Source: Gemmatimonadota bacterium
Lineage (GTDB): Bacteria > Gemmatimonadota > Gemmatimonadetes > Longimicrobiales > Gaopeijiaceae
Length of the DNA: 64,000 nt
Assembly: GCA_039589315.1 (NCBI GenBank)
Contig: JBDHHQ010000053.1
Coordinates: forward strand, 25,931 to 89,930
Direction: 5' to 3'
Part shown: positions 20,535 through 29,568 of the stretch, one piece after another
Numbering within the stretch: position 1 is the first letter of the stretch
Layout of the letters: every line of letters starts with the position of its first letter
The notes under the pieces: model-generated
The model's database searches: none
Told to the model about the DNA's origin: nothing
The model's input: only the letters and a program-made list of their open reading frames with translations
Made by a program: the position numbers and the translations under genes

Positions 20535-21332
20535 ATGGATCCCACGGTCACGCACGTCGCGGACACCCAGGAGCCCCTGGAGTCCGTCATCAAGGGCGAG
20601 GTCCTGCGCATGTACCAGGAGGTCGCCGACAACCCCGAGAACGAATTCCACTTCTTCCACGGCCGCGAAGCCGCCGAGATGTTCGGGTACCGCACGGAGT
20701 GGCTGGAGCGGGCCCCGGAAGGTGCCGTGGCTTCGTTCGCGGGCGTGGGGAACCCCCACGAGCGCTCGAATCTCCAACCGGGGGAGACCGTCCTGGACCT
20801 GGGGAGCGGCGCGGGCCTCGACGGGATCATCGCCAGTTGGCAGGTGGGTCCCACCGGTCAGGTCATCGGCGTCGACCTGAATCCGTCCATGTGCCTCAAG
20901 GCCCAGGCCCACGCCGAGGCTACGGGCACCAACATCCAGTGTCACGAAGGCCGCATGGAGGACATTCCCCTCCCGGACGAGAGCGTGGACGTGGTGCTCT
21001 CCAACGGCGTGATCAACCTCTCTTTCCGAAAGAGGCGGGTGATCCGTGAGCTCTTCCGGGTGCTCCGCGCCGGGGGGCGCATCTCCATCACCGACATCGT
21101 CAGCGCCAAACAGCTTTCCCAGTCCATCGTCAACGACCCGCTGCTCTGGGCTTCCTGAATCGGAGGCGCTCTCCCGGAGGGAGAGATGTTCGAGCTCCTC
21201 GAGGATGCGGGGTTCAAGAGGGTCAAGTCGGCCGTGGTGCCCGGCTTCCGCTTCCGCCAGGACTCGACCCGCAACGCGGCCGAGGCGTACGGCGTCAAGG
21301 CGGTCATGATGACGGCGCAGAAGCCGGGGTGA
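20535..21332 (+). CDS. ArsM-like SAM-dependent methyltransferase with probable selenocysteine (UGA 21156-21158)
   Basis: VLDLGSGAG, SNGVINL, RVLRAGGRISITD; frame continues through TGA as LWAS-U-IGGALPEGEMFELLEDAGF...MTAQKPG; the UGA lies at the ArsM W-x-x-C-x-x-GAL cysteine. Confidence 0.85.
21160..21193 (+). promoter_or_regulatory. Putative bacterial SECIS element
   Basis: Perfect stem CTCTCCC-GGA-GGGAGAG at 21169-21185, G-led apical loop 18 nt after the UGA; a lower stem with G-U pairs is possible. Confidence 0.7.
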
Positions 21333-21529
21333 TGCCTCCGTCCTGAGGGGCTCACGCGGGAGCCGGTCGTCGGACGACGTTGCAGGGTCGGGCGGGCACG
21401 CCGCACCTTGGTGCCGACCCTTCACGGATCGGCCGCCCGGCGCTCACCCATGAGACCACCAGCCTGGAGGCCGGCCCCGCGCCTGGAGTCTCGTATGCAA
21501 GGCGGTTCGCTGGCGGCCCCGAGGACCCC

Positions 21530-24004
21530 ATGCCGGCCCTGAAGACCCGGTCCGGGCACCCTGCCGCCGGGGCGCTCGCCCTGGGTCTTCTCCTGCTCGC
21601 CAGCTCACTGGCGGGACAGGATTCGGCGACCGCGGCCGGCGACACGGCTCGAGTCGGGGCCTCCGACGGCACCGCCCGGATCCTCCCCCCGCCGGAGCGG
21701 AACGGCCCACTCCCCACCATCGGACCGCCGCAGGATTCGACCGCGCTCATGGCGCCCACCGAGGAGCCCTCTCCCGCACAGGCGTCCCGGTTCCAGGGAG
21801 TCGGGGCAGACTGGACTGGGCGAATCGATGCCCATCGTGCCGGCATCGACGACGGCTCCGTGAGCTCCACGGTGGGAGGACCCCTTCTCGACTCGCTCGC
21901 CGCCGTCATCGACGCGGTCGAGACCGGGCTCGCTACGGCGCTCAGGGCGCGCGACGCCAACGTCTCGGGACCGGTGGACAGCGAGCTCCTTACGCTCCAC
22001 CGGGCGAGGGAGTCGCTTCTGGTGGTGCTGGACGACACTACGCGGGCCCGGCTGTTCGCATTCGGAGCGGATGGGGCCCGGGCCGTGGGACAGGAGCTCA
22101 GGTTCTTTTGGCTTCACAGCCGCCACGAAACCGTCGCCATGGGGTCAACGACTCGGGGCGTCGTCGCCCAGTTCCTGGCCGCGCCTCTCGGTTGGATCCC
22201 GGAGTTCCTCAAGATCGCGCTGGCGCTCCTGCTCTTCCTGTGGTGGCGAGGGACGGGGGCAGAGGCCCTGGTGCGGTGGCGAAGACGGCTGTTGGAGATC
22301 CGGCCGATCCGCCGCCAGAACCTCCGCCTCGCCAAGAGCCTCTGGTACTTCGACCGGATCCGGGTCCCGCTTGAATGGCTGGTGCTGCTCACGGCCATCG
22401 TCACGGTCACGCCGGCACGAGACTTCGGCCCCGCCCTGTTCGTGTGGGCCGTCGCCAAGTGGATCCTCATCGGTTGGACCGCCGTCCTGCTGGTCGATGC
22501 CATGGCGGCGAGGAGCGCGGCCGGCCGTCGCGGAGAGAGCGGCCTGCGTCGCCGATCCCTATGGATCCTCTGCTGGTGGATCGTGGCGTACGGGCTCGGC
22601 CGGCAGCTGGTGCACGACTTCTTCGGCCCGGGCGCTCTGTTCCATTGGGTAACGGCCATCCTTCTGGTGCTGCTGGGCCTGGTCGTGATTGTCCTGGTGT
22701 CGTGGTGGCGGGAGGAGGTGCCCGAGCGCCTGGACACGCTGGCCCAACGGCCTCGATTCCTCGACGCGCTTCTGACCCATCGGAGCGGTCTGCGAAGTTA
22801 CCTGACGAGCTTCCTGGGCGGATGCTACCTGCTCTTCGACGGAACCCGCGGAACGATCGTGCGCGTGCTCGCCCGGTCCGACCTGGGCCGCCGCACGCTT
22901 GCCCACCTCACACGGTCCGAGCTGGCCAAGCAGGCGCTCAAGGAGGAGGGAGCCATCGAAGGAGAGGCCCTCCCCGACCCGGTCCGGCAGGCCCTGCTGG
23001 ACGGCGACCGGGCCACGCTGATCGACAAGGCCACGCGGAAGACGGTCGCGGAGCTGGTGCGCCTCCTGGAGTCCGGTGCCGGGACGACCGCCGCCCTGGT
23101 GGGAGAGCGGGGCTCGGGTAAGAGCTCCACGGTGCGCCGCGTGATGGAGAAGCTCGACCGGAAGGCGATGCTCGTGCAGTGTCCCTTCGGGAGCTACGAC
23201 GAGCTTGCCAGGATCATCGCGGACAGGCTCCAGGTGCCCTGGGACTCGGAGACGGGGCGCCTGGCCGAGGCCCTGCGCTCCTCGGACACGGATATGGTGA
23301 TCGTGGATGACGTGCATCGGCTCGCCCGTCCGGTCATCGGAGGAGTGGTCGAGATCGATCGTCTGCGGAGCCTGATCCGCGACACGGGCGACGACGTCTC
23401 CTGGATGCTCACGTTGGACTCGGCCGCCTGGGAATACGTGCGCCGCTTCAGGGAGACGGAGCCGGTACACAATCACGTCCTCAAGCTCGAGGAGTGGGGC
23501 GAGGAAGAGATCGGCCGGCTGGTGGAAGCGCGCACCAAGGCCGCAGGGGTCGAGCCGGACTTCGAGAAGCTCGTCCTGCCACGCCAGCTCGACGACAGCT
23601 CCTACGACAGCCTGGCCAGCCGCAACAAGGCTGGCTTCTACCGGATCCTCTGGGACGACTCGGGAGGCAATCCCGAAGCTGCCCTCCGGATCTGGGCAGA
23701 TTCCTTGCTGGTCGATTCGTCTGGAGCCGAGGTCGTGCGCTTGGCGCACCCACCCAAAGCCGCCGACCTGGAGGGCCAGTCGTCGACCGCCTTTTTCGTG
23801 CTGCGGACGCTGCTCCGACTGGAGACCGCGACCGCGGAGGACGTGGTGGCGTGCCTCCCCATCTCGTTCGAGGAGATCGAGGACACGCTCCTGTTCCTTC
23901 GGACAAAGGGCATCGTGGAGGAGTACGACGGGCGTCTCTCGGTCGGTTGGACGTGGGACCGGGCCGTGCGGCGGGCCCTGTCCCGCCGAAACATGACCGC
24001 CTGA
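21530..24004 (+). CDS. Signal peptide + multi-TM + P-loop (AAA-like) ATPase of unknown function
   Basis: Hydrophobic N-terminus, about 5-6 TM segments, Walker A GERGSGKS, Walker B VIVDD, SGGNP, winged-helix-like C-terminus. Confidence 0.7.
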   Translation: MPALKTRSGHPAAGALALGLLLLASSLAGQDSATAAGDTARVGASDGTARILPPPERNGPLPTIGPPQDSTALMAPTEEPSPAQASRFQGVGADWTGRIDAHRAGIDDGSVSSTVGGPLLDSLAAVIDAVETGLATALRARDANVSGPVDSELLTLHRARESLLVVLDDTTRARLFAFGADGARAVGQELRFFWLHSRHETVAMGSTTRGVVAQFLAAPLGWIPEFLKIALALLLFLWWRGTGAEALVRWRRRLLEIRPIRRQNLRLAKSLWYFDRIRVPLEWLVLLTAIVTVTPARDFGPALFVWAVAKWILIGWTAVLLVDAMAARSAAGRRGESGLRRRSLWILCWWIVAYGLGRQLVHDFFGPGALFHWVTAILLVLLGLVVIVLVSWWREEVPERLDTLAQRPRFLDALLTHRSGLRSYLTSFLGGCYLLFDGTRGTIVRVLARSDLGRRTLAHLTRSELAKQALKEEGAIEGEALPDPVRQALLDGDRATLIDKATRKTVAELVRLLESGAGTTAALVGERGSGKSSTVRRVMEKLDRKAMLVQCPFGSYDELARIIADRLQVPWDSETGRLAEALRSSDTDMVIVDDVHRLARPVIGGVVEIDRLRSLIRDTGDDVSWMLTLDSAAWEYVRRFRETEPVHNHVLKLEEWGEEEIGRLVEARTKAAGVEPDFEKLVLPRQLDDSSYDSLASRNKAGFYRILWDDSGGNPEAALRIWADSLLVDSSGAEVVRLAHPPKAADLEGQSSTAFFVLRTLLRLETATAEDVVACLPISFEEIEDTLLFLRTKGIVEEYDGRLSVGWTWDRAVRRALSRRNMTA

Positions 24005-24126
24005 GCGACACACGAGGAAGCGATCCGACTCTGCCAGACCGATTGAAACGACCGCCCTCCCCTCTCGTCGCGTGGCGAGCGGCGATGGAGCGACGACGGA
24101 TCCTTGGACCCCAGCTGGAGATCACC

Positions 24127-25104
24127 ATGAGCACATCGACCCCGAGGCGCTCTCGCAGTGACCCCTTCGCGCTCCTTCCGGTGCTGCATGGCACGCTGGC
24201 GGCTGCCTTCGCCGTCCTCGCGTGGAGCCACCCAGCCTCGGCTCAGACGGAAGCGTCGGAATCCGTCGACGAGCCCATCCTCCAACTCGCCCGGCTGGTC
24301 CGCTGGGGCGGCGTCGCGACCTCGGTCGTCGTGATCGCGGTGGTGTACTTCGGCTTGGGCTTCATCGACCGCATCGTGAACGGTCTGGGGGAAACGTTCA
24401 CGGACAAGCGGCTGACACTCCAGAAGAGCGCCACGTTCTTCCGGTTCGGCACCTACATCGCCACGTTCCTCGTGGTCTTCTTCCTCAGCTTCGAGGTCGA
24501 CCAGCGGCTCCTGACCCTCATGGGCGGCACGGCGGCCGTGGCTCTCGGCTTCGCCCTGAAAGACCTGGTCGCATCGGTGGTGGCCGGGGTGATGATCATG
24601 ATCGACCGCCCCTTCCAGGTGGGCGACCGTGTCCGGTTCGGCGGGGAGTACGGTGACATCACGAGCATCGGGCTCCGGTCCGTGCGTCTCCAGACGCTGG
24701 ACGACAACACTGTGACCATCCCCAACAACAAGTTCCTGAGCGACCTCACGTCGTCGGGGAACTTCGGGGCATTGGATATGATGATCACCATGGACTTCCA
24801 CGTCGGGATCGAGGAAGACGTCGCCCTGGCCAAGGAGCTCGTCCGCCAGGCGGCCGCGACGAGTCGGTACGTGTACCTGCCGAAGCCCGTCGCGATCACC
24901 GTGAAGCAGTTGATCGTCGAAAGCTACGTAGCGGTCCGGCTCAGGCTCAGGGCCTATGTACTGGATACCCAATACGAGAAGGCCTTCGAGACCGACGTTC
25001 ACCTGAGGATTCTGAAGACCTTCAGGGAGCACGGCATTCGGCCCCCGGCCGTGCTCCACCGCGACCTGGCCACTGCCGCGCCGCAGATCCGGGCCGCGTC
25101 CTGA
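24127..25104 (+). CDS. MscS-family mechanosensitive channel
   Basis: ALGFALKDLVAS, DRPFQVGDRV, IGLRSVRLQTLDDNTVTIPN. Confidence 0.9.
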   Translation: MSTSTPRRSRSDPFALLPVLHGTLAAAFAVLAWSHPASAQTEASESVDEPILQLARLVRWGGVATSVVVIAVVYFGLGFIDRIVNGLGETFTDKRLTLQKSATFFRFGTYIATFLVVFFLSFEVDQRLLTLMGGTAAVALGFALKDLVASVVAGVMIMIDRPFQVGDRVRFGGEYGDITSIGLRSVRLQTLDDNTVTIPNNKFLSDLTSSGNFGALDMMITMDFHVGIEEDVALAKELVRQAAATSRYVYLPKPVAITVKQLIVESYVAVRLRLRAYVLDTQYEKAFETDVHLRILKTFREHGIRPPAVLHRDLATAAPQIRAAS

Positions 25105-25139
25105 GGCGAACGTCCGATACGCTGACCCACCAAGAGCCG

Positions 25140-26054
25140 ATGAGCGCGCGTCGCCCCAACTTCTTGACGGGAAACCCCCTGGACCGGAGGGACGATCTCC
25201 GGCAGGACGAGGACGCCTTCGATCGGGTCCTCGCCGAGGCCTCCCACCGGATCGTGCCGGTGCGCCACGCCGAAAACCTGGTCCAGGGCGAGGACCCGGT
25301 GCACGCCACATTCGTGGGCGGCGAGCGCGCCCGGGAGCTTCTGACCGACGTGCCGACCGTGGCACTCCTGGGCGAGGCCGACGAGAGCCTCTACTGGCTG
25401 GCCGATGTGGACGAGGACACAGGTGCCCGGTTGGAGCTGGATCACGGCGCCCGCTTCGCGAGTCTCCGGTCCGTCAGCGCGCTGCTGGCCCCCGGCGCGG
25501 GGGCCATCCTGGTTCAGGCACGGGCGCTCTCCCACTTCCACCGGACCCACCGCTACTGCGGCCGCTGCGGCAACGCCCTGGTGTCCCGGGGACTCGGGAG
25601 CTGGCGCCGTTGCCCAGAGAACGCTTGCCGCCACATGGCGTTCCCGCGCACCGATCCTGCCATCATCGTGCGGCTGGCCCACGACGTCCGGTGCCTTCTG
25701 GTCAGGCAGCCCGGCTGGCGGCCCCGGCAGTTCGCCACGGTGGCCGGTTTCGTGGAGCCCGGGGAGTCGCTGGAGGAGGCGGTGACGCGGGAGATCAAGG
25801 AGGAGGTCGGCCTCGACACCGTGCGCGTGCACTACCATTCGTCCCAGCCGTGGCCCTTCCCGAGCTCCATCATGATCGGATTCGACGCCGAGGTGCAGGG
25901 AGAGTTGGACCTCCGCTCGCACGAGATCGAGGAAGCCCGCTGGTTCACGCGCGCCGAGATGCGGGCCGCCGAGGCAACCGGCGAGATCCGCCTGCCATCG
26001 CCGTTTTCCATCTCCCGGCGCCTGATCGAGGATTGGCTGGAGGGGCACGGTTGA
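25140..26054 (+). CDS. nudC: NADH pyrophosphatase (NAD+ diphosphatase)
   Basis: Zn ribbon CGRCG...C, FPRTDPAII, Nudix box GFVEPGESLEEAVTREIKEEVG, SQPWPFPSS. Confidence 0.93.
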   Translation: MSARRPNFLTGNPLDRRDDLRQDEDAFDRVLAEASHRIVPVRHAENLVQGEDPVHATFVGGERARELLTDVPTVALLGEADESLYWLADVDEDTGARLELDHGARFASLRSVSALLAPGAGAILVQARALSHFHRTHRYCGRCGNALVSRGLGSWRRCPENACRHMAFPRTDPAIIVRLAHDVRCLLVRQPGWRPRQFATVAGFVEPGESLEEAVTREIKEEVGLDTVRVHYHSSQPWPFPSSIMIGFDAEVQGELDLRSHEIEEARWFTRAEMRAAEATGEIRLPSPFSISRRLIEDWLEGHG

Positions 26055-26121
26055 CACCTCGACCCAGCAGGAGCGCCGCGCCGGACGCCTCGGTGCCGCT
26101 CGGCTCGAAGAGACCCACGTC

Positions 26122-27672
26122 ATGACAGGCGAAGACGCGGCCGCCTTCGAAGCGGTGGTCGTGGGAGGAGGGCCCGCCGGCGCCGCGGCGTCGCGCCTTC
26201 TCTCGCTGTGGGGCCACCGGGTGCTGGTCCTGACTCGACGACCTCCCCAGGACCGACCCCTCCCCGTGTCGATCCCCCCGAGCAGCCGGAAGCTCCTCGA
26301 CGTCCTGGGCGTGACTGAAGCCGTGGAGGACGCCGGCTTCCAGCGGAGCCGTGGCAATACCGTCTGGTGGGGAGAAGCCCCGACCCGGTGCGTGGACTTC
26401 CCCGACGGCAGCTCCGGTTTCCAGGTGCTGCTCGCGGAGCTGGAGGGGCTATTGCTGGAGGGATCGGCGGAGGCCGGGGCGGAGGTGCGCAGGGATGCGA
26501 CGGTCCGCTCCGTGGACACCGGGTCCGGTCCCGCGCGGGTCACGTTCGAGTCACCCGACGGGTCGCCGGGCACGGCCGAGGCCACGCTCGTCCTGGATTG
26601 CTCCGGGCGGGCCGGAGTCGTGGCGGCCGGCTTCCGGATACATGACCACGCCAACGCCACGGTGGCGCTGTGCGGCCTCTGGCGCAGGCCCGGCGGATGG
26701 GGGCTGACCGACGAGACCCACACGCTGGTGGAGAGCTACCGGGACGGATGGGCCTGGTCCATCCCCACCGCCCCCGGCGTGCGTTTCGTGACGGTCATGG
26801 TGGATCCGCGCAGGACCGCTCTCTCCCGCGGTCAGGAGCGTGACCGCACCTACCTGGCCGAGCTGGACAAGACGGTGCGGATGCGGGACCTCGTGCAGGC
26901 AGCGCGGTTCGATGGCGACACCTGGGGGCACACGGCGTCCCAATACTGCGCGGAGCGGTACCAGGGCAAATCCCACTTGCTCGTGGGCGACGCGGCTTCG
27001 TTCATCGACCCGCTGTCGTCGTTCGGGGTCAAGAAGGCCCTGGCGTCGGCGTGGCTGGCGGCCGTGGTGGCGAACACGGCCGCCCGGACCCCCTCGATGG
27101 CCGAGGCGGCGCGCGAGCTCTTCGACCGCCGTGAGCGGTACGTCTGGGACGCCTACCGGTCCCTGGCGGCGCGCTTCTACCGAGACGCCGCAAGGGCCCA
27201 CGGTACTCCGTTCTGGTCGGCCCGGGCGGAGGCGCTACCTGCCTCCGCGGATGCTGCAACACCGCCGTCGGACGTCCCCTCCTTGGACGCCCCGGACCCC
27301 CTGGACGCCGGAGGAGAGCCGGACGTGGACGTCCTCCGCCAGGACCCGGCCGTACTCGCAGCCTTCGACGTGCTCCGGCGGACTCCCGAGATTCGGTTGC
27401 GGCTCGGTCGAGGCGTGCGCCGCGTCACCGGCGCCGCGGTACGGGGCCGCCTGGTCGTGCCCGAAGACCGGCTCGCCACGGACACGTTGCCCGGAGGCCT
27501 CCGGTACCTGCGCGGCGTCGACCTCCTGCAGGTCGTCGAGCAGGCGCCCGCTCATCATCAGGTACCCGACCTCTGGGAAGCCTACTGCCGGTCGGCAGGA
27601 CCGGTGATCCTGCCGGACTTTCTCGGGGTCCTGTCCGTGCTCCTGGCCCGGGGCATCCTGGTGAACGGCTGA
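26122..27672 (+). CDS. qhpG: FAD-dependent monooxygenase for CTQ biogenesis (QhpG-like)
   Basis: GGGPAG, DCSGR, GWAWSIP, GDAASFIDPLSSFGV; lies directly upstream of qhpA. Confidence 0.8.
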   Translation: MTGEDAAAFEAVVVGGGPAGAAASRLLSLWGHRVLVLTRRPPQDRPLPVSIPPSSRKLLDVLGVTEAVEDAGFQRSRGNTVWWGEAPTRCVDFPDGSSGFQVLLAELEGLLLEGSAEAGAEVRRDATVRSVDTGSGPARVTFESPDGSPGTAEATLVLDCSGRAGVVAAGFRIHDHANATVALCGLWRRPGGWGLTDETHTLVESYRDGWAWSIPTAPGVRFVTVMVDPRRTALSRGQERDRTYLAELDKTVRMRDLVQAARFDGDTWGHTASQYCAERYQGKSHLLVGDAASFIDPLSSFGVKKALASAWLAAVVANTAARTPSMAEAARELFDRRERYVWDAYRSLAARFYRDAARAHGTPFWSARAEALPASADAATPPSDVPSLDAPDPLDAGGEPDVDVLRQDPAVLAAFDVLRRTPEIRLRLGRGVRRVTGAAVRGRLVVPEDRLATDTLPGGLRYLRGVDLLQVVEQAPAHHQVPDLWEAYCRSAGPVILPDFLGVLSVLLARGILVNG

Positions 27673-27828
27673 CTCGGACCGGTTCCTGATGACCGGGTGG
27701 GAGGCGGACCGGTCCCGCAGACCTCGCCTCGCCCGCCCGAAGCTCTTTGTCTCGGCGCCGGCCCGATGCTATTTGTAGGCTCGGCTTTTCGTGCGACCCC
27801 CGATGAACGAGGTGACGAGGACCCGCCC

Positions 27829-29568
27829 ATGAAACGAGGATCGCTCTGCTCCCTCCGCTCGATCCCGGCCCTGGCGCCGGCACTCCTCCTCGTCACCCTC
27901 CCCAACCCCGTCCGCGCTCAGGCTATCGAGACCCACCCCGCAGGCGGATACGCCATCGAGAACGAGACCCTGGTCGACCGCTGCTCCCGATGCCACAAGC
28001 AGGACGACGAGGGGCGCATGAGCCGGATCTCGTACCTGCGCAAGACGCCCGAGGGCTGGCAGACGTCGATCCGTCGCATGGTCACGCTCAACGAGATTCG
28101 GCTCGGCCCGGACGAAGCGCGAGAGATCGTGAAGTACCTATCGGACCGGCAGGGACTCGCGCCGGAGGAGCTCCGCCCCGCCGTGTTCGAGGTGGAGCGC
28201 CGGCTGGTGGACTACAGCTACGAAGCCGATGCCGACGTGGAGCACACCTGCATCTCCTGCCATTCCATTGGCCGAGTCATGACCCAGCGGCGGACTGCCG
28301 AGGAGTGGGACCTGCTCATGGCCACTCACCGGGGCTACTACCCGCTGGTGGACTTCCAGGCCTTCCGCCGTCTCGGTCCCGCGCCGACGGAGCCCGGGCC
28401 CGACGGATCGCCGCCCGACACGCGCCACCCCATGGAGAAGGCGGTGGACCACTTCTCCCGGGTGTACCCGCTGGAGACGCCGGAATGGTCGGCGTGGGCG
28501 GCGACCATGCGCCCGCCCCGGCTCGAAGGAACGTGGACCGTGGCCGGACACCAGGCGGGTGTGGGGCCCGTGTTCGGCACCATGGAGGTGACGCGATCGG
28601 ACGCGGGCCCCGACCGTTTCGCCACCCGCACCACCCTCCACTTCGCCGCCCAGGACCGCACGGCGGAGCGCTCGGGCGAAGCCACGGTCTACACTGGCCA
28701 CCAGTGGCGCGGGCGCTCGTCGGTGGGAGGCGATGCCCAGCCGCTCCGGGAAGTCATGATGGTGGAGCGGGATTGGCAGGAGATGACGGGGCGGTGGTTC
28801 ACGGGCGCCTATGACGAGATCGGCATCGACGTCACGCTCCGTCGGGCGGATGGCCCGGTGCTGGCGGGCGTCGAGCCCCGTGCCGTCCGCTCGGGGGCCC
28901 CGGGACAGTCCGTCACCGTCTACGGGGCCGGCTTCGCGGGGGACGTGGACGCGGCCGACTTCGACTTCGGGCCCGGGGTCGAGGTGACGCGGGTGGCCCG
29001 GGCGGCCCCCGACCGCATGACCCTCGAGTTGAGCGTCTCCGCCGAGGCTGCGGCCGGCCAGCGGGACCTGTTCGTCGGTACCGCGAGCCTAGGCGGCGCC
29101 CTGGCCGTGTACGACAGGGTCGACCGCATCGCAGTGGCACCGGCATGGGGGATGGCCCGGGTGGGCGGTGCCAACTTCCCCAGACAATACCAGCAGTTCG
29201 AGGCTGTGGCCTTCCACGACGGGCCGGACGGCGAGCCCGAGACGGACGACGACCTGGAGCTGGGCGTCGTGGAGGCCGAGTGGCACCTTGAGGAGTACGC
29301 CGCCACCTTCGGCGACGACGACGTCGATTTCGTGGGCGCCATCGATGACGCGGGCCTCTTCACGCCCGCCCTGGACGGCCCCAACCCCGACCGAGCCGGA
29401 CGGCGCAACAACGTGGGCGACGCCTGGGCGGTGGCCACCTTCCGAAGCCACGACGGCCGTGACCTCGGCGCCCGAGCCCATCTGCTGGTGACAGTGCCCC
29501 TGTACGTCCGCTTCGACCCCTCCGACATGACCGGCGAGATGATCCGGCCCGGAGCCATGACCCGATGA
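27829..29568 (+). CDS. qhpA: Quinohemoprotein amine dehydrogenase alpha subunit (diheme c)
   Basis: Signal peptide; CSRCH and CISCH heme motifs; SRISYLRKTPEGWQTSIRRM; GMARVGG; GPNPDR...NNVG; HLLVTVP. Confidence 0.93.
   Translation: MKRGSLCSLRSIPALAPALLLVTLPNPVRAQAIETHPAGGYAIENETLVDRCSRCHKQDDEGRMSRISYLRKTPEGWQTSIRRMVTLNEIRLGPDEAREIVKYLSDRQGLAPEELRPAVFEVERRLVDYSYEADADVEHTCISCHSIGRVMTQRRTAEEWDLLMATHRGYYPLVDFQAFRRLGPAPTEPGPDGSPPDTRHPMEKAVDHFSRVYPLETPEWSAWAATMRPPRLEGTWTVAGHQAGVGPVFGTMEVTRSDAGPDRFATRTTLHFAAQDRTAERSGEATVYTGHQWRGRSSVGGDAQPLREVMMVERDWQEMTGRWFTGAYDEIGIDVTLRRADGPVLAGVEPRAVRSGAPGQSVTVYGAGFAGDVDAADFDFGPGVEVTRVARAAPDRMTLELSVSAEAAAGQRDLFVGTASLGGALAVYDRVDRIAVAPAWGMARVGGANFPRQYQQFEAVAFHDGPDGEPETDDDLELGVVEAEWHLEEYAATFGDDDVDFVGAIDDAGLFTPALDGPNPDRAGRRNNVGDAWAVATFRSHDGRDLGARAHLLVTVPLYVRFDPSDMTGEMIRPGAMTR

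Noticed and set aside
26122..27672. Tryptophan halogenase of a natural-product cluster
   Set aside because: Position beside qhpA-D-C-B identifies it more simply as the QhpG-type monooxygenase.
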